From the NCBI GenBank assembly GCA_016207165.1, contig JACQQD010000003.1, forward strand, positions 1-64,000: a DNA stretch of 64,000 nt, written 5' to 3'. How positions within the stretch are numbered: position 1 is the stretch's first letter; every line of letters starts with the position of its first letter. Under the pieces are notes generated by a model, which was given only the letters and a program-made list of their open reading frames with translations, was not told where the DNA came from and searched no databases. A program made the position numbers and the translations under genes. The DNA comes from Candidatus Micrarchaeota archaeon (GTDB lineage: Archaea > Micrarchaeota > Micrarchaeia > Norongarragalinales > Norongarragalinaceae). Below, piece by piece: positions 26,762 to 36,819 of this stretch.

Positions 26762-27979
26762 TCAGTACTTGATGATGACGTTTTCGCCTAAATCCGAGAT
26801 GTGGTCGAAGTCCAAGTCGATTTTCTGGCCCGCGGACGTTTCCACCACGAACGTCTCCTTCTTCGGGTTGATGCCGGCAATCTTGCCGACGAAGCCCCCG
26901 ATTTCCGTGTAGACGTCCTTGCCGGACAAATTCAATTTCGCCAGGATGCTGCGGCGGAACTCGTCGGACAAAAGCGTGAACAGGTACATGGCCGCCACCA
27001 CCAAAATCAAGGAGTAAAAGAACTCGGCAAAACCCAGGCTTCCCAGCACCCACTCCGCGGCGTTGTTCAGCACCAGCCACGCCAGCAGGATGGCGGAAGC
27101 AAACGTAACCTGTTTGGGAAGCAGATACAGCTTCTTTTCGTTCATGACGCGCAACAAATCGCCGACGAGGTACACCAACAAGCCGATGGGAAACAAGGGG
27201 AAAATCCCCCGCAGGAAAAGGGCGGCGACTTCCAAGGCGTTGGCTTGCGGCAGGGAATACGCGTCGCTGGCCCCCAAGAGAAACGACACCACGACGAGGG
27301 CCGCGGCGGCGAAGTTGAAGATGAAGGCCTGGTTCTCCAAGGACACTTGCACGCCGGAGAACGCCTTGAACAGTTTTTCCTCAAGCCCAATGCCCTTGAA
27401 GACGAGGTACGAACCCAACACCGCCAAAAGCAACCGAAAACCCAAGTACTCCGAGAACGCGAACAACAACAGCAAGAGCCCCGGAATGCCAAAGACGATG
27501 CGCGCGAAGTGCGGTTCGCGGAGCTTCTCCAAAATCACGAAATACGTCTTTTCCAGCTCCTTGGTCTGCTTGACGGTCACCCGCTTGACGCCGTCAATTT
27601 TGATGCGCGACTGAATCAAAGGCAAGAGCTGTTCGTCGGACGCGCCGTCGGAAACGAAGATGCAGCCGTCCGCCGGAAACTTGCTCAACACCGTCTCCAA
27701 TTGCCGGAAAATGCGGCGGTCGGCCTTGTAACCCATCTCCGGAACTCCGGTAACCGTCGCGATTTCCACGTCCTCGTGCTCTTTGGCCAACTCGTCGTAA
27801 ATGTGGAGTCCCGCGAACATCGTGTTCACGTCGGAGTCCTCGGGGTCCACCACGCCCAGCTTGGAGGCCGCCGCCAAATTGGCTTTCCGTCCAACCACCG
27901 GCCCCCGCACCCGCGCTTTTTCGCCCAAGTCGTCGTCCACGTCCACGCACAATACCAGGACTCGTCGCTTTTTGGACAT
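26762..27979 (-). CDS. DUF373 family membrane protein
   Basis: LCVDVDDDLG, DPEDSDVN, VSDGASDE motifs followed by TM helices. Confidence 0.88.
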   Translation of the reverse strand: MSKKRRVLVLCVDVDDDLGEKARVRGPVVGRKANLAAASKLGVVDPEDSDVNTMFAGLHIYDELAKEHEDVEIATVTGVPEMGYKADRRIFRQLETVLSKFPADGCIFVSDGASDEQLLPLIQSRIKIDGVKRVTVKQTKELEKTYFVILEKLREPHFARIVFGIPGLLLLLFAFSEYLGFRLLLAVLGSYLVFKGIGLEEKLFKAFSGVQVSLENQAFIFNFAAAALVVVSFLLGASDAYSLPQANALEVAALFLRGIFPLFPIGLLVYLVGDLLRVMNEKKLYLLPKQVTFASAILLAWLVLNNAAEWVLGSLGFAEFFYSLILVVAAMYLFTLLSDEFRRSILAKLNLSGKDVYTEIGGFVGKIAGINPKKETFVVETSAGQKIDLDFDHISDLGENVIIKY

Positions 27980-28036
27980 AAGGAAAAACGTTAGGCCGCG
28001 CGCATTTATTTAAGCCGCCTACCCACACAATCGCGT

Positions 28037-29098
28037 ATGGACATCCAGGATGCCCTCAACCAAAAACGAAAAACCATTGACGCCGCCATCGAAAAATACG
28101 TGCCCCGCGCCATGGACGCCAAGAAAGCCGAATTCCTGTTGGGAAAGCCCCGGTACGCCTACGACGTGAAAACCGCGCAGAAAGCCGTCAACGACTTGAT
28201 TTGGGACTTGTTGGACCGAGGCGGAAAACGCTGGCGGCCCGCCTTGATGCTCTGGGTCGCGGAAGCCATCGGCGGCAAACAAAAAGCCGACCGCCTCACC
28301 GACTTTGCCGCGATTCCCGAAGTCGTGCACAACGGCACGCTGGTCATTGACGACTTGGAAGACGGGTCGCTTAACCGCCGGGGAAAACCCTGCCTGCACC
28401 GCGTGTACGGCACGGATTTGGCGGTCAACGCCGGCAACGCCATGTACTTCCTGCCGCTTTTGTCCCTCGCACGAAGGAAAGGGGTCTCCGACGCGCAACT
28501 GGTCAAAGCCTACGAGACCGTCGTCCAGGAAATGGCCAACCTGTCGTTCGGACAAGGATTTGACATTCTGTGGCACAAAGGCCAAGGCCACCCCACGCAA
28601 GACGAGTACCTCCAGATGTGCGCGTTCAAGACCGGAACCCTGGCGCGCATGGCCGCCAAATTGGGAGCCGTTCTGGCGGACGGCACGCCCAAGCAAGTCG
28701 ACGCCGCCGCGGCGTTTGCCGAAGGACTGGGCATCGCCTTTCAAATCCAAGACGACATCTTGAATTTGACGCTCCCGAAAGACGCGTGGGGAAAAGACGT
28801 CGGCGAAGACATCACGGAAGGCAAGCGCTCGCTTTTGGTCATCCACGCGCTCTCAAACCTGTCCAAAAAAGAGAAACAAGAGCTGTTGGACATCCTCAAC
28901 GCGCACACCCGCGACGAAGCACTCATCCAGCGCGCCGTACACCTCATCGAAAAAACCAGCGCCATCGCTTACGCCCAAGACAAAGCCAAGGCCATCGTAC
29001 AGGACGCGTGGAAGAACGTCGAACCGCTTCTCTTGGAAGGACAAGCCAAAGACGCACTCAACGCGTTGGCAGACTATGCCATCGAACGCCGGTCTTAA
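28037..29098 (+). CDS. Polyprenyl (GGPP) diphosphate synthase
   Basis: GGKRWRP, DDLED..RRG, KTG, FQIQDD. Confidence 0.95.
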   Translation: MDIQDALNQKRKTIDAAIEKYVPRAMDAKKAEFLLGKPRYAYDVKTAQKAVNDLIWDLLDRGGKRWRPALMLWVAEAIGGKQKADRLTDFAAIPEVVHNGTLVIDDLEDGSLNRRGKPCLHRVYGTDLAVNAGNAMYFLPLLSLARRKGVSDAQLVKAYETVVQEMANLSFGQGFDILWHKGQGHPTQDEYLQMCAFKTGTLARMAAKLGAVLADGTPKQVDAAAAFAEGLGIAFQIQDDILNLTLPKDAWGKDVGEDITEGKRSLLVIHALSNLSKKEKQELLDILNAHTRDEALIQRAVHLIEKTSAIAYAQDKAKAIVQDAWKNVEPLLLEGQAKDALNALADYAIERRS

Positions 29099-29108
29099 TC
29101 AAAATCAA

Positions 29109-29867
29109 TTACAACCCCGTGGGCGCGTCGATGAATTCAAACGGCACGCCGAATTGCTTTCGAACCCATTTTCCGACCGCCTTGGGGCCCAAAATTTCCG
29201 AGTTGTAGTGGCCGCATTCAATGAGGTTCACGCCAGATTCCTTGGCAAAATGGTAGTCGGAGTGCTTGACTTCCCCGACCACCAACGCGTCAAACCCCTC
29301 TTTTTCCGCTTCCAAGGCCGCAAAGGCGCCGGAACCGGAGCACACCGCTACCCGGGAAACGATTTGGGGTCCAAAAGCAAACAACCGCGCAAAGCCCAGC
29401 TTCTCATTGACTCTTTGAACCAAGGCGTCCCGGCCAACATTCAAAACGCCGCACAACGCCAACAACCCGCATTCCACGTCCACGCAGGGCCGAGGGTTCT
29501 TGACGCCAATGGCTTTTGCCAAAAGCGCGTTGTTGCCCAACGTCGGGTGCGCGTCCAGGGGCAAATGCATGGCGTACACGGAAAGACCGGCTTTGCTTGC
29601 CGCTTGGACGCGCCGGTTCGTGGCTTTCACGGTCCTTGGATCTTGCTTTTTCCAAAGCAGGCCGTGGTGCACGAACAAAAAATCCGCGTTGACGAAAGCG
29701 GCGTTCTGGATCGTTTCCATGGCCCCGTCGCACGCCACCACCCCCTTTTGCACCTGCGCTTTTCCTTTCACTTGCAATCCGTTTACGGACTCGTCCTGGC
29801 CTTGGTAAAAGGAGAACTCGGCGTCCAACGCTGAAACCAATGTTTTCAAGGAAACGCACCGCGCCAT
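29109..29867 (-). CDS. Nif3-like dinuclear metal center protein
   Basis: NGLQV, HHG, HLPLDAHP..GNN, GHYNSE. Confidence 0.93.
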   Translation of the reverse strand: MARCVSLKTLVSALDAEFSFYQGQDESVNGLQVKGKAQVQKGVVACDGAMETIQNAAFVNADFLFVHHGLLWKKQDPRTVKATNRRVQAASKAGLSVYAMHLPLDAHPTLGNNALLAKAIGVKNPRPCVDVECGLLALCGVLNVGRDALVQRVNEKLGFARLFAFGPQIVSRVAVCSGSGAFAALEAEKEGFDALVVGEVKHSDYHFAKESGVNLIECGHYNSEILGPKAVGKWVRKQFGVPFEFIDAPTGL

Positions 29868-29870
29868 ACG

Positions 29871-30440
29871 TCACGACTCGAAAATGCGGTCCGGCACCAC
29901 TCCGTCCTGCGGCACGGGTCTGACGGGCACGAAATCCGTTGAGGAAGCGGGGGTGGCTGGGTCCGGAGCGGGATTTGAAGGAGATGCCGTGTTGGCTTCC
30001 GACACAGGGGGTTCAACGCGTTCCTGAGTTTGGATTGGACTGGATTTTCTTTTTTCCAGCCACGCCTGCAATTCTTTGACGTCCAACGCCAACGTGGCGT
30101 CCTTTTTCGCGTGGGAGACGAACCACTCCACCAAGGACACGTCCTCGTCGGTGAACTCCGAAACGAAGGGCTGGAGGTTCTTCTTCAAGGGATTGGCCAA
30201 CAAGTCAAACACCGTCAACTCCAAGTACGTGACGTGTTCGGAGGGAACGCGGATGAATTGCCGGCGCACCCTCTCGCGGACATCCGGCAAAATGGTGTGC
30301 GGCCGACCGGTTTCAACCACCATTTTCTTGGATTGCATGGTTTTCCGCAAAATCGACGCGTAATACGCTGGCTGCGCTCCGGGGGCGGGCGTTTTGGGAA
30401 CGTCCACCCAAATGGATGCGACGTCGTCAGCAATGGTCAT
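29871..30440 (-). CDS. Hypothetical protein
   Basis: 189-aa ORF with host-like codon usage; Pro-rich tail. Confidence 0.65.
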   Translation of the reverse strand: MTIADDVASIWVDVPKTPAPGAQPAYYASILRKTMQSKKMVVETGRPHTILPDVRERVRRQFIRVPSEHVTYLELTVFDLLANPLKKNLQPFVSEFTDEDVSLVEWFVSHAKKDATLALDVKELQAWLEKRKSSPIQTQERVEPPVSEANTASPSNPAPDPATPASSTDFVPVRPVPQDGVVPDRIFES

Positions 30441-30501
30441 GGCAAGCCAAAGCCCTGTGAAAAGTCAGCAATAAAAACGTGGCTTTCAAAGAAGGTAACT
30501 C

Positions 30502-30789
30502 ATGAAAACCAAGAAGGCACTCAACGAAGACGAACTCCGGGAAAAACTCGCAAGAATCAATCGCAAGCTCTCGGCGTTGACCCCCGAAAAGGCGGTGGCT
30601 CCCACCCTGGCGGACCTGCGGCAAAACCGGAAAATCCGGGAGCCGGACACGGAACAACTCCGCCAACTCCTCCAAGAGCGGGCTAAACTTGAAGAGCAAA
30701 TGCTCAACGACTGGTCCGCCGGACGAAGCGCTGGAAGCTTCGGCGCCAAACCGAAGACCAAGCCCTACGCCTCGAACTTCGCAAAGTAG
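30502..30789 (+). CDS. Hypothetical coiled-coil protein
   Basis: ATG with AAGGT upstream; fills the gap; short convergent overlap with rps2. Confidence 0.55.
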   Translation: MKTKKALNEDELREKLARINRKLSALTPEKAVAPTLADLRQNRKIREPDTEQLRQLLQERAKLEEQMLNDWSAGRSAGSFGAKPKTKPYASNFAK

Positions 30790-31355
30790 TCCGCGAACGC
30801 GTCGTCCGAGGAAATCACGCCCGTGGCCTTCATGACTTCCCGCGCCAGAAGGGCGTACATCAACGCCACGCTTTTCCGGCCTTTGTTGTTGGTGGGCACG
30901 ATGACATCCAAAAAGTTCGTCGAATTGTTCGTGTCGCAGAACGCAATGATGGGCACGTTGATGGAATACGCTTCCTTGACGGCCTGGCGGTCCACCGACG
31001 GATCCGTGACCAAAACCAACTTGGGCTCGCAAAAGTCGTCGCGCGCCGGATTCGTAAACCGTCCGGGGGTAAAGCGCCCGGTCAACGGCTTGCAACCCAG
31101 TAACTCGCAGAACGCCTCAATGGGCTTGCGCGCGTTGTCTTTATTGCCCACCAAATAGACGTCGCCCAACGGAAAACGGGCGATCAACTGGGCCGCCAAA
31201 CGCAAGCGCTCGTCAAGCTTCTTGAGATCCAACACGTGCAACCCGTCTTCTCGGGCCTTGTAAATGAATGACTTCATGCTGCCGTGCTTCTGCCGCGTGC
31301 CGATGTGCGCGCCGGACTCCAAATACTTTTCCTGAGGAACCAAAAACTCTGCCAT
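30765..31355 (-). CDS. rps2: 30S ribosomal protein S2 (uS2)
   Basis: GAHIGT, GRFTPGRFTNP, DRQAVKEA, PTNNKG. Confidence 0.97.
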   Translation of the reverse strand: MAEFLVPQEKYLESGAHIGTRQKHGSMKSFIYKAREDGLHVLDLKKLDERLRLAAQLIARFPLGDVYLVGNKDNARKPIEAFCELLGCKPLTGRFTPGRFTNPARDDFCEPKLVLVTDPSVDRQAVKEAYSINVPIIAFCDTNNSTNFLDVIVPTNNKGRKSVALMYALLAREVMKATGVISSDDAFADYFAKFEA

Positions 31356-31664
31356 AACCTTGTTCATCAACCCGTTTGGGACACGGCACGTGTTGAACGA
31401 AAGCCCCTTGACGCCATCGGCGTCAAGCGCAACGAACACCCAGCGGCGCCGTTCTTAGTCGCTTTCAGCAAAGTTCTGAAAACGCCAACCCTCCTCATGC
31501 CTGAACTCCTTAAAAAGCCCATTCACGCCCGCCCGGCCGTTCCTCGAAACCCCGCTCCAAGTTCCCGGCATGCCATACGCTTCAAGCATCGCCTTGAACA
31601 AAACCGACGCCACCCCGCGCAGAACAACAACGGTTTTAACCCGAAAAAACCCTTTAAACGCATC

Positions 31665-32477
31665 ATGGGCGACGACGTGCAACTCGAAGAGGAAGGCCTG
31701 GTGGAGGATTCCTTGGAGGAAGTCGAATTGCCCCCCGAAAAAAAAGCCAAAGCTCCGGCCGTCGACGAACAAATCCAAGACTGGGTCAAGCAAGACGGCT
31801 TGGAGCAAGTCACCCTGGAGGAAAACGCGATTCCAAAAACCGCGGCCACGCAACCCCCAGAAAACGTCTTGGAGGGCCTAGTCAACCAAGGCACCTTCCA
31901 GGAAATCGCTCCGCCGCAGAAAACCCAAGAAAAAGACGGCGCCGAACCCCGGCTCTTGGCCCCACCCCAGGAAACGCAATCCGAAGAAGTCCAATCAGAG
32001 CTTCAAAACATCCAGCCCCAAACCCGCCTTGACCCCGTCCGCGTCCTTGAAGCCGCGCTTTTCTTGGCCAACAAGCCGCTTTCATTCCAACAGTTGCAAG
32101 ACATTCTGCAAGTGCCCCGCGAACGCCTCAACGTCCTTCTGCGGGAACTGGAGAAATGGCTGCCCGCCGAATCCGCCGTTGAATTGAAAGTCACGGAGCA
32201 CTCGGCGGCCCTTCAACTGAAAAACGAGTACGTCGACCGCGTGGCGAAATTATCCAAGGAAGTGGAACTCTCCAAAAAAGCCATGAAAATCCTGGCTCTC
32301 GTCGCCAAAAAGAAACAGTTCCTGCAAAGCCAACTCAAGCACTACTTCAAAGGCGAAATCTACGCCTACGTCACCGAACTCAAACAAGCCGGCTACCTGG
32401 AAGCCAAGAAAAGCGGCAACACCCGCCTGCTTCGGCCCACAACCAAGTTCTACGAATCATTCCAAATCAAGGAATGA
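31665..32477 (+). CDS. scpB: SMC-Scp complex subunit ScpB with acidic N-terminal extension
   Basis: LEAALFLANKPLS, winged-helix segment, PTTKFYESF; ATG 31665. Confidence 0.85.
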   Translation: MGDDVQLEEEGLVEDSLEEVELPPEKKAKAPAVDEQIQDWVKQDGLEQVTLEENAIPKTAATQPPENVLEGLVNQGTFQEIAPPQKTQEKDGAEPRLLAPPQETQSEEVQSELQNIQPQTRLDPVRVLEAALFLANKPLSFQQLQDILQVPRERLNVLLRELEKWLPAESAVELKVTEHSAALQLKNEYVDRVAKLSKEVELSKKAMKILALVAKKKQFLQSQLKHYFKGEIYAYVTELKQAGYLEAKKSGNTRLLRPTTKFYESFQIKE

Positions 32478-32479
32478 AT

Positions 32480-33991
32480 TCAGATGGACGCGCGTCTCCC
32501 GCGGGCCCGCCTTGTTTGGGCCACCATGACGAAGCTTCGCGCATCATCCGCCAAAAACTGCGCCCCACGCGTCTTGTAAGCGTAATTCAAAACCCCTTCA
32601 GCGGCCTGCTTGGCGGAAGCGCGATTACGCAAGTGGTTGAGAAACTCGTCGTCCAAATCCTCGTGAATCATTTGGGTGCCACCGTTGTGCAGAAGCGACT
32701 TGAGTTCGTCCGGGCCGTCGGTTCGGATGTGCAGGGCGCGGCCCGGCGTCAAATGAATCGAATGCATCGTGTAATCCTCAGGCGAATGGGGGATTCCCGT
32801 AAACTTGGAAAGATCGACGCCCAGCATGATGTCTCCGGCTTCCTGCGACGGCGGCAAACGGCCGACCGAAGGGTCGAAAACAACGGGGTGGCCGTGACCA
32901 GCCGCCACGTAACAGAGTTTGCGGGTATGCGTATCATACAATGCAAAGAGTCCCGCGCCCTTGACACCTCGACGCACGAACTCCTGATGGACGTCGTGGG
33001 CGTGTTCCCTCAAAAACTGTTCCTTGGCCGAATCGTCAAACAGTTGGTCTGATTTGACGTAGCGCGCGGTTTTCAGGTCCATGCCCATCAGGAGGTTGCG
33101 GACGTTGTTGACTTTGGTACGGTAGTCGTCGGCGTGGCCCTCCACATCGACGCTGGAAATCAGGAAAATGCGCCGTGAACCAGAGTAACTCGGTGCCGGT
33201 TCCAGTTCAGCCAAATTAAAATTGTCCCCGCCAAAAACCGACGGATACTGACTCAAGAATGCCGCCTTGTTGCCGACGGCTAGGTGGTGCTTGACGCCGG
33301 GAATCATCGTTTCCTTATTGATGCGCGGAAATTCGGACTCGTAGTTGGACACTTCAGCCTTGAAATTGTCAAACGCATGCGCCACGTCGTAAATGCGGTG
33401 GAAAGCGGCCAAATGATGTCCAGCCTCCCAGTTGCGCGTCAAAAAACGCCCCAGCTTTCTGGGATCCGCAAATCCGGCGAGCCGGTTCTCCAAGAAATCC
33501 AGCGTCTTTCGGGCGGACAAAAACTTGGATGTAGCCCGGTGAAGGTAAAACAGGTTCACGGGATCGATGTGGGCGCGATCAAATTCGGCCAGTTTGCTTT
33601 CGACGATGGAAAACCGCGACCGTCGGTGCGCTTCCTCCACCGCGGCCTTAAACTCTTCGCGCCGCCGATCATTGGACAAAAACTCGTCCAACGCGTCTTG
33701 GTACATCTCCTCGTAACGTTCCCGGGCGAAAGAAATCTCGCCTCTACCATGCTCGGAAAACAGTTCGGGTTCCACATGGCGGATTGCGGTCCGCTCCTTG
33801 ATGCGGTCCGAAAGTCGGCTGATTTGGTCCAAGAACGGTTCCTGAACAGTCTGCCGCAACCGTTTTTGGACGCTGGACTCATCACCGGGAAATACAGAAA
33901 TGCCAAAACGAACAGAAAACGCGTCGCCGAACCGTTGAACCGCACTCCGGAATCGGTCGCGAAAAGAACGTCTTTGCAACGGTTCAGCCAT
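32480..33991 (-). CDS. Protein with C-terminal SpoIIE/PP2C-like phosphatase domain
   Basis: GGDNF, VDVEGH, YVAAGH, RTDG, DDA motifs; unrecognised helical N-terminus. Confidence 0.75.
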   Translation of the reverse strand: MAEPLQRRSFRDRFRSAVQRFGDAFSVRFGISVFPGDESSVQKRLRQTVQEPFLDQISRLSDRIKERTAIRHVEPELFSEHGRGEISFARERYEEMYQDALDEFLSNDRRREEFKAAVEEAHRRSRFSIVESKLAEFDRAHIDPVNLFYLHRATSKFLSARKTLDFLENRLAGFADPRKLGRFLTRNWEAGHHLAAFHRIYDVAHAFDNFKAEVSNYESEFPRINKETMIPGVKHHLAVGNKAAFLSQYPSVFGGDNFNLAELEPAPSYSGSRRIFLISSVDVEGHADDYRTKVNNVRNLLMGMDLKTARYVKSDQLFDDSAKEQFLREHAHDVHQEFVRRGVKGAGLFALYDTHTRKLCYVAAGHGHPVVFDPSVGRLPPSQEAGDIMLGVDLSKFTGIPHSPEDYTMHSIHLTPGRALHIRTDGPDELKSLLHNGGTQMIHEDLDDEFLNHLRNRASAKQAAEGVLNYAYKTRGAQFLADDARSFVMVAQTRRARGRRASI

Positions 33992-34001
33992 AAAGCAAAT
34001 A

Positions 34002-34676
34002 CTATTGCTCGAATTCCTGCTCAAAAACCTTTCTCATGGATTCCGCCCGCTGTTTCCCGATGCCTTCAACCTGTTGGAGGTCGTCGGGAGAGGCGTTGGC
34101 TATGCGCTGAAGCGTCTTGAAGTGCTTCAACAAGGAAACCGCGTTCTTGGGCCCCAAGCCCGGCAGGCTTTCCACGACCAACCGTTGTTGTTCCGCCAAG
34201 GTAACGCCTTTCTTGGCGAACTGGAGCCGGTGCATGCGTTGCTCGCCGAACTGCTCTTTTTCCGCCAACGCATACAAAAAGTCGGCCAGTTCGTCGTCGG
34301 AATCAAAAAAGAAGACGGGGAGTTTGAAGTCGACAGCCAACGAAATAAACGCCCCCCGCAACGCGTTGGGCTGGATACGCTCAAAATCCGAGCCCACCAA
34401 CGCCAACAAAGGCGATTCAAACGCGTTCTTCAAACGGCCGGCTTGCACGAAGAGTCTGCCGTCGATGATGGAGGCCTCAAAATCCTTGGCCTCTTTGCGC
34501 TCCAATGCCACGCGTTCCGAAACAATGAAGTCCCCGGATTCCAGGCGCACCGGTTTTAACACGACGCCTTTGCGGAAAAGCGCCTTGGCCACCGAACTTT
34601 TCAGTTCGCGGTCATCGACGAAGAGTTGAAGCGTATTGCTGGCAGTAAGGCCTTCGTCAAAAACCAATTCCGCCAT
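34002..34676 (-). CDS. ERCC4/XPF-type nuclease with HhH2 domain
   Basis: VDDRE, GDF, ERK..DF..SIIDGRL, HhH motifs PGLGPK and EGIGK. Confidence 0.93.
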   Translation of the reverse strand: MAELVFDEGLTASNTLQLFVDDRELKSSVAKALFRKGVVLKPVRLESGDFIVSERVALERKEAKDFEASIIDGRLFVQAGRLKNAFESPLLALVGSDFERIQPNALRGAFISLAVDFKLPVFFFDSDDELADFLYALAEKEQFGEQRMHRLQFAKKGVTLAEQQRLVVESLPGLGPKNAVSLLKHFKTLQRIANASPDDLQQVEGIGKQRAESMRKVFEQEFEQ

Positions 34677-34690
34677 TTTGGAGCAACCCT

Positions 34691-34810
34691 TCAACGCGTT
34701 TGCTCGGTTTGCTTGACAAACCGAATAATAACGTCGCTAATGCTTTCCCCGTCTTTGCGGTGTTGGTTGAGTCTGGCAATGGCCGCGTCGCTCAAATCAA
34801 TCCAAGGCAT
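34691..34810 (-). CDS. 39-aa RHH antitoxin-like protein (archaeal VapB/DUF217 type)
   Basis: Not in ORF track: MPWIDLSDAAIARLNQHRKDGESISDVIIRFVKQTEQTR*, matching the I.LS..A..RL...K..GES.SDVI.R pattern. Confidence 0.7.
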   Translation of the reverse strand: MPWIDLSDAAIARLNQHRKDGESISDVIIRFVKQTEQTR

Positions 34811-34853
34811 GTACTGAAAACAGTGATTCTAGGTATTAAGTTTTTGCTGAAGC

Positions 34854-36398
34854 TCAAAAATCCCTTAAACCCTTTTGGGCGTCATGGGACGCGTTGCGGT
34901 CCCGGCTCATTTCGCGCGAGAGTTCGCCGAGCGTCTCGTGCATTTGGCGTTCTTTTCGTTTGGCAATCCAGAAAAACGCTTCGTCCTTCGTGTTTTTCGC
35001 CAACAACACCACGGCGTTGCCGGCGCGGACTCTTCCGGTCCGGCCCCGGCGCTGGATGGACCGGATTTCGGAAGGGACGGCTTCGTAGAAGATGACGAGG
35101 TCGACGGCCTCAATGTCCAAACCTTCTTCGCCGACGGAAGTGCAGACCAACACGTTGAAGGCTTTTTGCCGGAATTCGTCCAACAACGCCTTTTGTTTCT
35201 TCTGCGTCATTCCAGCTCTACCGACCAGCATTTTAGCGGAAACCCCTGAAAGCGTGTTGAGGTCTTGCGTGAGGCGGTCCGCGGTGTCGCGGTAGTGGGC
35301 AAACACGATGAGCGTTTTGCCTTGGGCCACGGCATTAAAGACCAGGGTTTTGAGGCGCGCAATCTTGGGGTGCACCACGCCTTTGGAGAGCAGTTCGTCG
35401 CATTGCGCCAAGAGTTTCGTGACGCGAAAGTCGGACAACAAGCCCGTAACCGCCTTGCTCTTGGTTTTCCGCGTCTTGAGTCCCTCCAGAAAAGAGTGAA
35501 GGGCGTCCGTTCCCTGGCTTTCCAACAAATCCAGTCCATGAGCCAAATTCATGGCGCGGGCGTGAAGCGAAGCCGCCTTGTAGGCCGCCGGATTGGAAGG
35601 AATGGCCGCGGAAATCTTGGCGCGCATGGAAAGCAAGTCGCGTTTGTTGACTTTCGCGGTGTCCGCGGATTCGGAGAATCCCAGTTGCTTCAAATCGCCG
35701 AGCGTCTCGGAGAGCATGGACCGCAACAGGTTCTGGATGGACTTGAATTCGTCGGGCAAGTCCACGAACAAAAAATCCAGTTTCACGGGTTGCACGTACT
35801 TGGAGACCAACGGGTCTTTTTCGTGCTTGAGCTCCAGGTGCGTAATGCCCAAATTACGGCAGATTTGCTCGATTTTTTCTTTCTGCGACGACGGCGACGC
35901 CGTCAGCCCCAACACTCTGGCGGAACTGTGCTGGGCCAGTTCTCCCAGGAAAACGTACGCGTAATCACCCACGGCGCGATGCGCCTCGTCGAAAACAACC
36001 AGGGAGAAATCCGTAAACGAAAGTTTGTGGGACAACACATCGTGTTCCACGGTCTGGGGCGTGCCGCAAATGATTTGCGCGGACGCGTACATGGCTTGGC
36101 GTTGATTGGGGGCAACCGAGCCGGTGACCACGATGACTTTTTCCGGGGAAACGTCAAGCACGTCGGCCATGCGCTGGGCCTGCTGGTCGGCCAAGGGTTT
36201 GGTGGGCGTCAGAAAGAGGATTTTCTTGTCGGGCTGGGTCTTGAGGTAGTGGGCGGCCAACAACGCGGCGACAAAGGTTTTCCCCAACGCCGTGGGCATG
36301 ACGACCAAGGTGTTGTGCCAAAGCGCGGACGCGGCGGCCAAGAGCTGGTAGTCTCGTTTTTCCACGTGGGTTTTCAAAAGCGACAAGTCCAATTCCAT
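34854..36398 (-). CDS. Hef/FANCM-like SF2 helicase (ERCC4-related), no fused nuclease
   Basis: RDYQ, PTALGKT, DEAH, LTASP, SVGEEGLDI, QRRGRTGR. Confidence 0.93.
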   Translation of the reverse strand: MELDLSLLKTHVEKRDYQLLAAASALWHNTLVVMPTALGKTFVAALLAAHYLKTQPDKKILFLTPTKPLADQQAQRMADVLDVSPEKVIVVTGSVAPNQRQAMYASAQIICGTPQTVEHDVLSHKLSFTDFSLVVFDEAHRAVGDYAYVFLGELAQHSSARVLGLTASPSSQKEKIEQICRNLGITHLELKHEKDPLVSKYVQPVKLDFLFVDLPDEFKSIQNLLRSMLSETLGDLKQLGFSESADTAKVNKRDLLSMRAKISAAIPSNPAAYKAASLHARAMNLAHGLDLLESQGTDALHSFLEGLKTRKTKSKAVTGLLSDFRVTKLLAQCDELLSKGVVHPKIARLKTLVFNAVAQGKTLIVFAHYRDTADRLTQDLNTLSGVSAKMLVGRAGMTQKKQKALLDEFRQKAFNVLVCTSVGEEGLDIEAVDLVIFYEAVPSEIRSIQRRGRTGRVRAGNAVVLLAKNTKDEAFFWIAKRKERQMHETLGELSREMSRDRNASHDAQKGLRDF

Positions 36399-36571
36399 AA
36401 AAATGCAGTACGTCGTACGCGGCCCCCGCAATTAAGGGTTACCGGAACCGCGGTTTTTTTAAAGGAAAGAAGCGTTACACGTAACCCCGCTCTGACCCGG
36501 GCGGAAAAAATTGGGCTTGAACCGGCAAAACGAGGCCGGAAACGCCTTCACGGGTTGGGGGAGAGGCAGGT

Positions 36572-36772
36572 ATGGCGATTTTACCCATTGCGCCGGTGGA
36601 GCGGTTGATTCGAAAAGCCGGGGCCGAACGCGTTTCCCAGGATGCCGCCGAAGCGTTGGCTGACGTTCTTGAAGACGTAGGAGTAGACATTTCCCAGAAA
36701 GCCGTCCAGTTGGCCAAGCACGCGGGACGAAAGACGGTCACCAGCGAAGACGTCAAGCTGGCGTCCCGCTGA
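36572..36772 (+). CDS. Archaeal histone (HMf family)
   Basis: [19 protein letters not shown]...[12 protein letters not shown]. Confidence 0.97.
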   Translation: MAILPIAPVERLIRKAGAERVSQDAAEALADVLEDVGVDISQKAVQLAKHAGRKTVTSEDVKLASR

Positions 36773-36819
36773 AAACCCCTGCTTTTAATTAGCTTCAAGG
36801 CGCCTAAAGCCTTGGAATT

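Noticed and set aside
31525-31550. RNase P RNA (minus-strand GAGGAACGGCCGGGC resembles GAGGAAAGUCCGGGC)
   Set aside because: No downstream P4 partner or ACAGAA..GGCUU motif found on that strand
35265-36608. Long antisense ORFs (also 26801-27994, 52349-53308, 16438-17460 and others)
   Set aside because: Shadow frames of well-supported genes in GC-rich DNA
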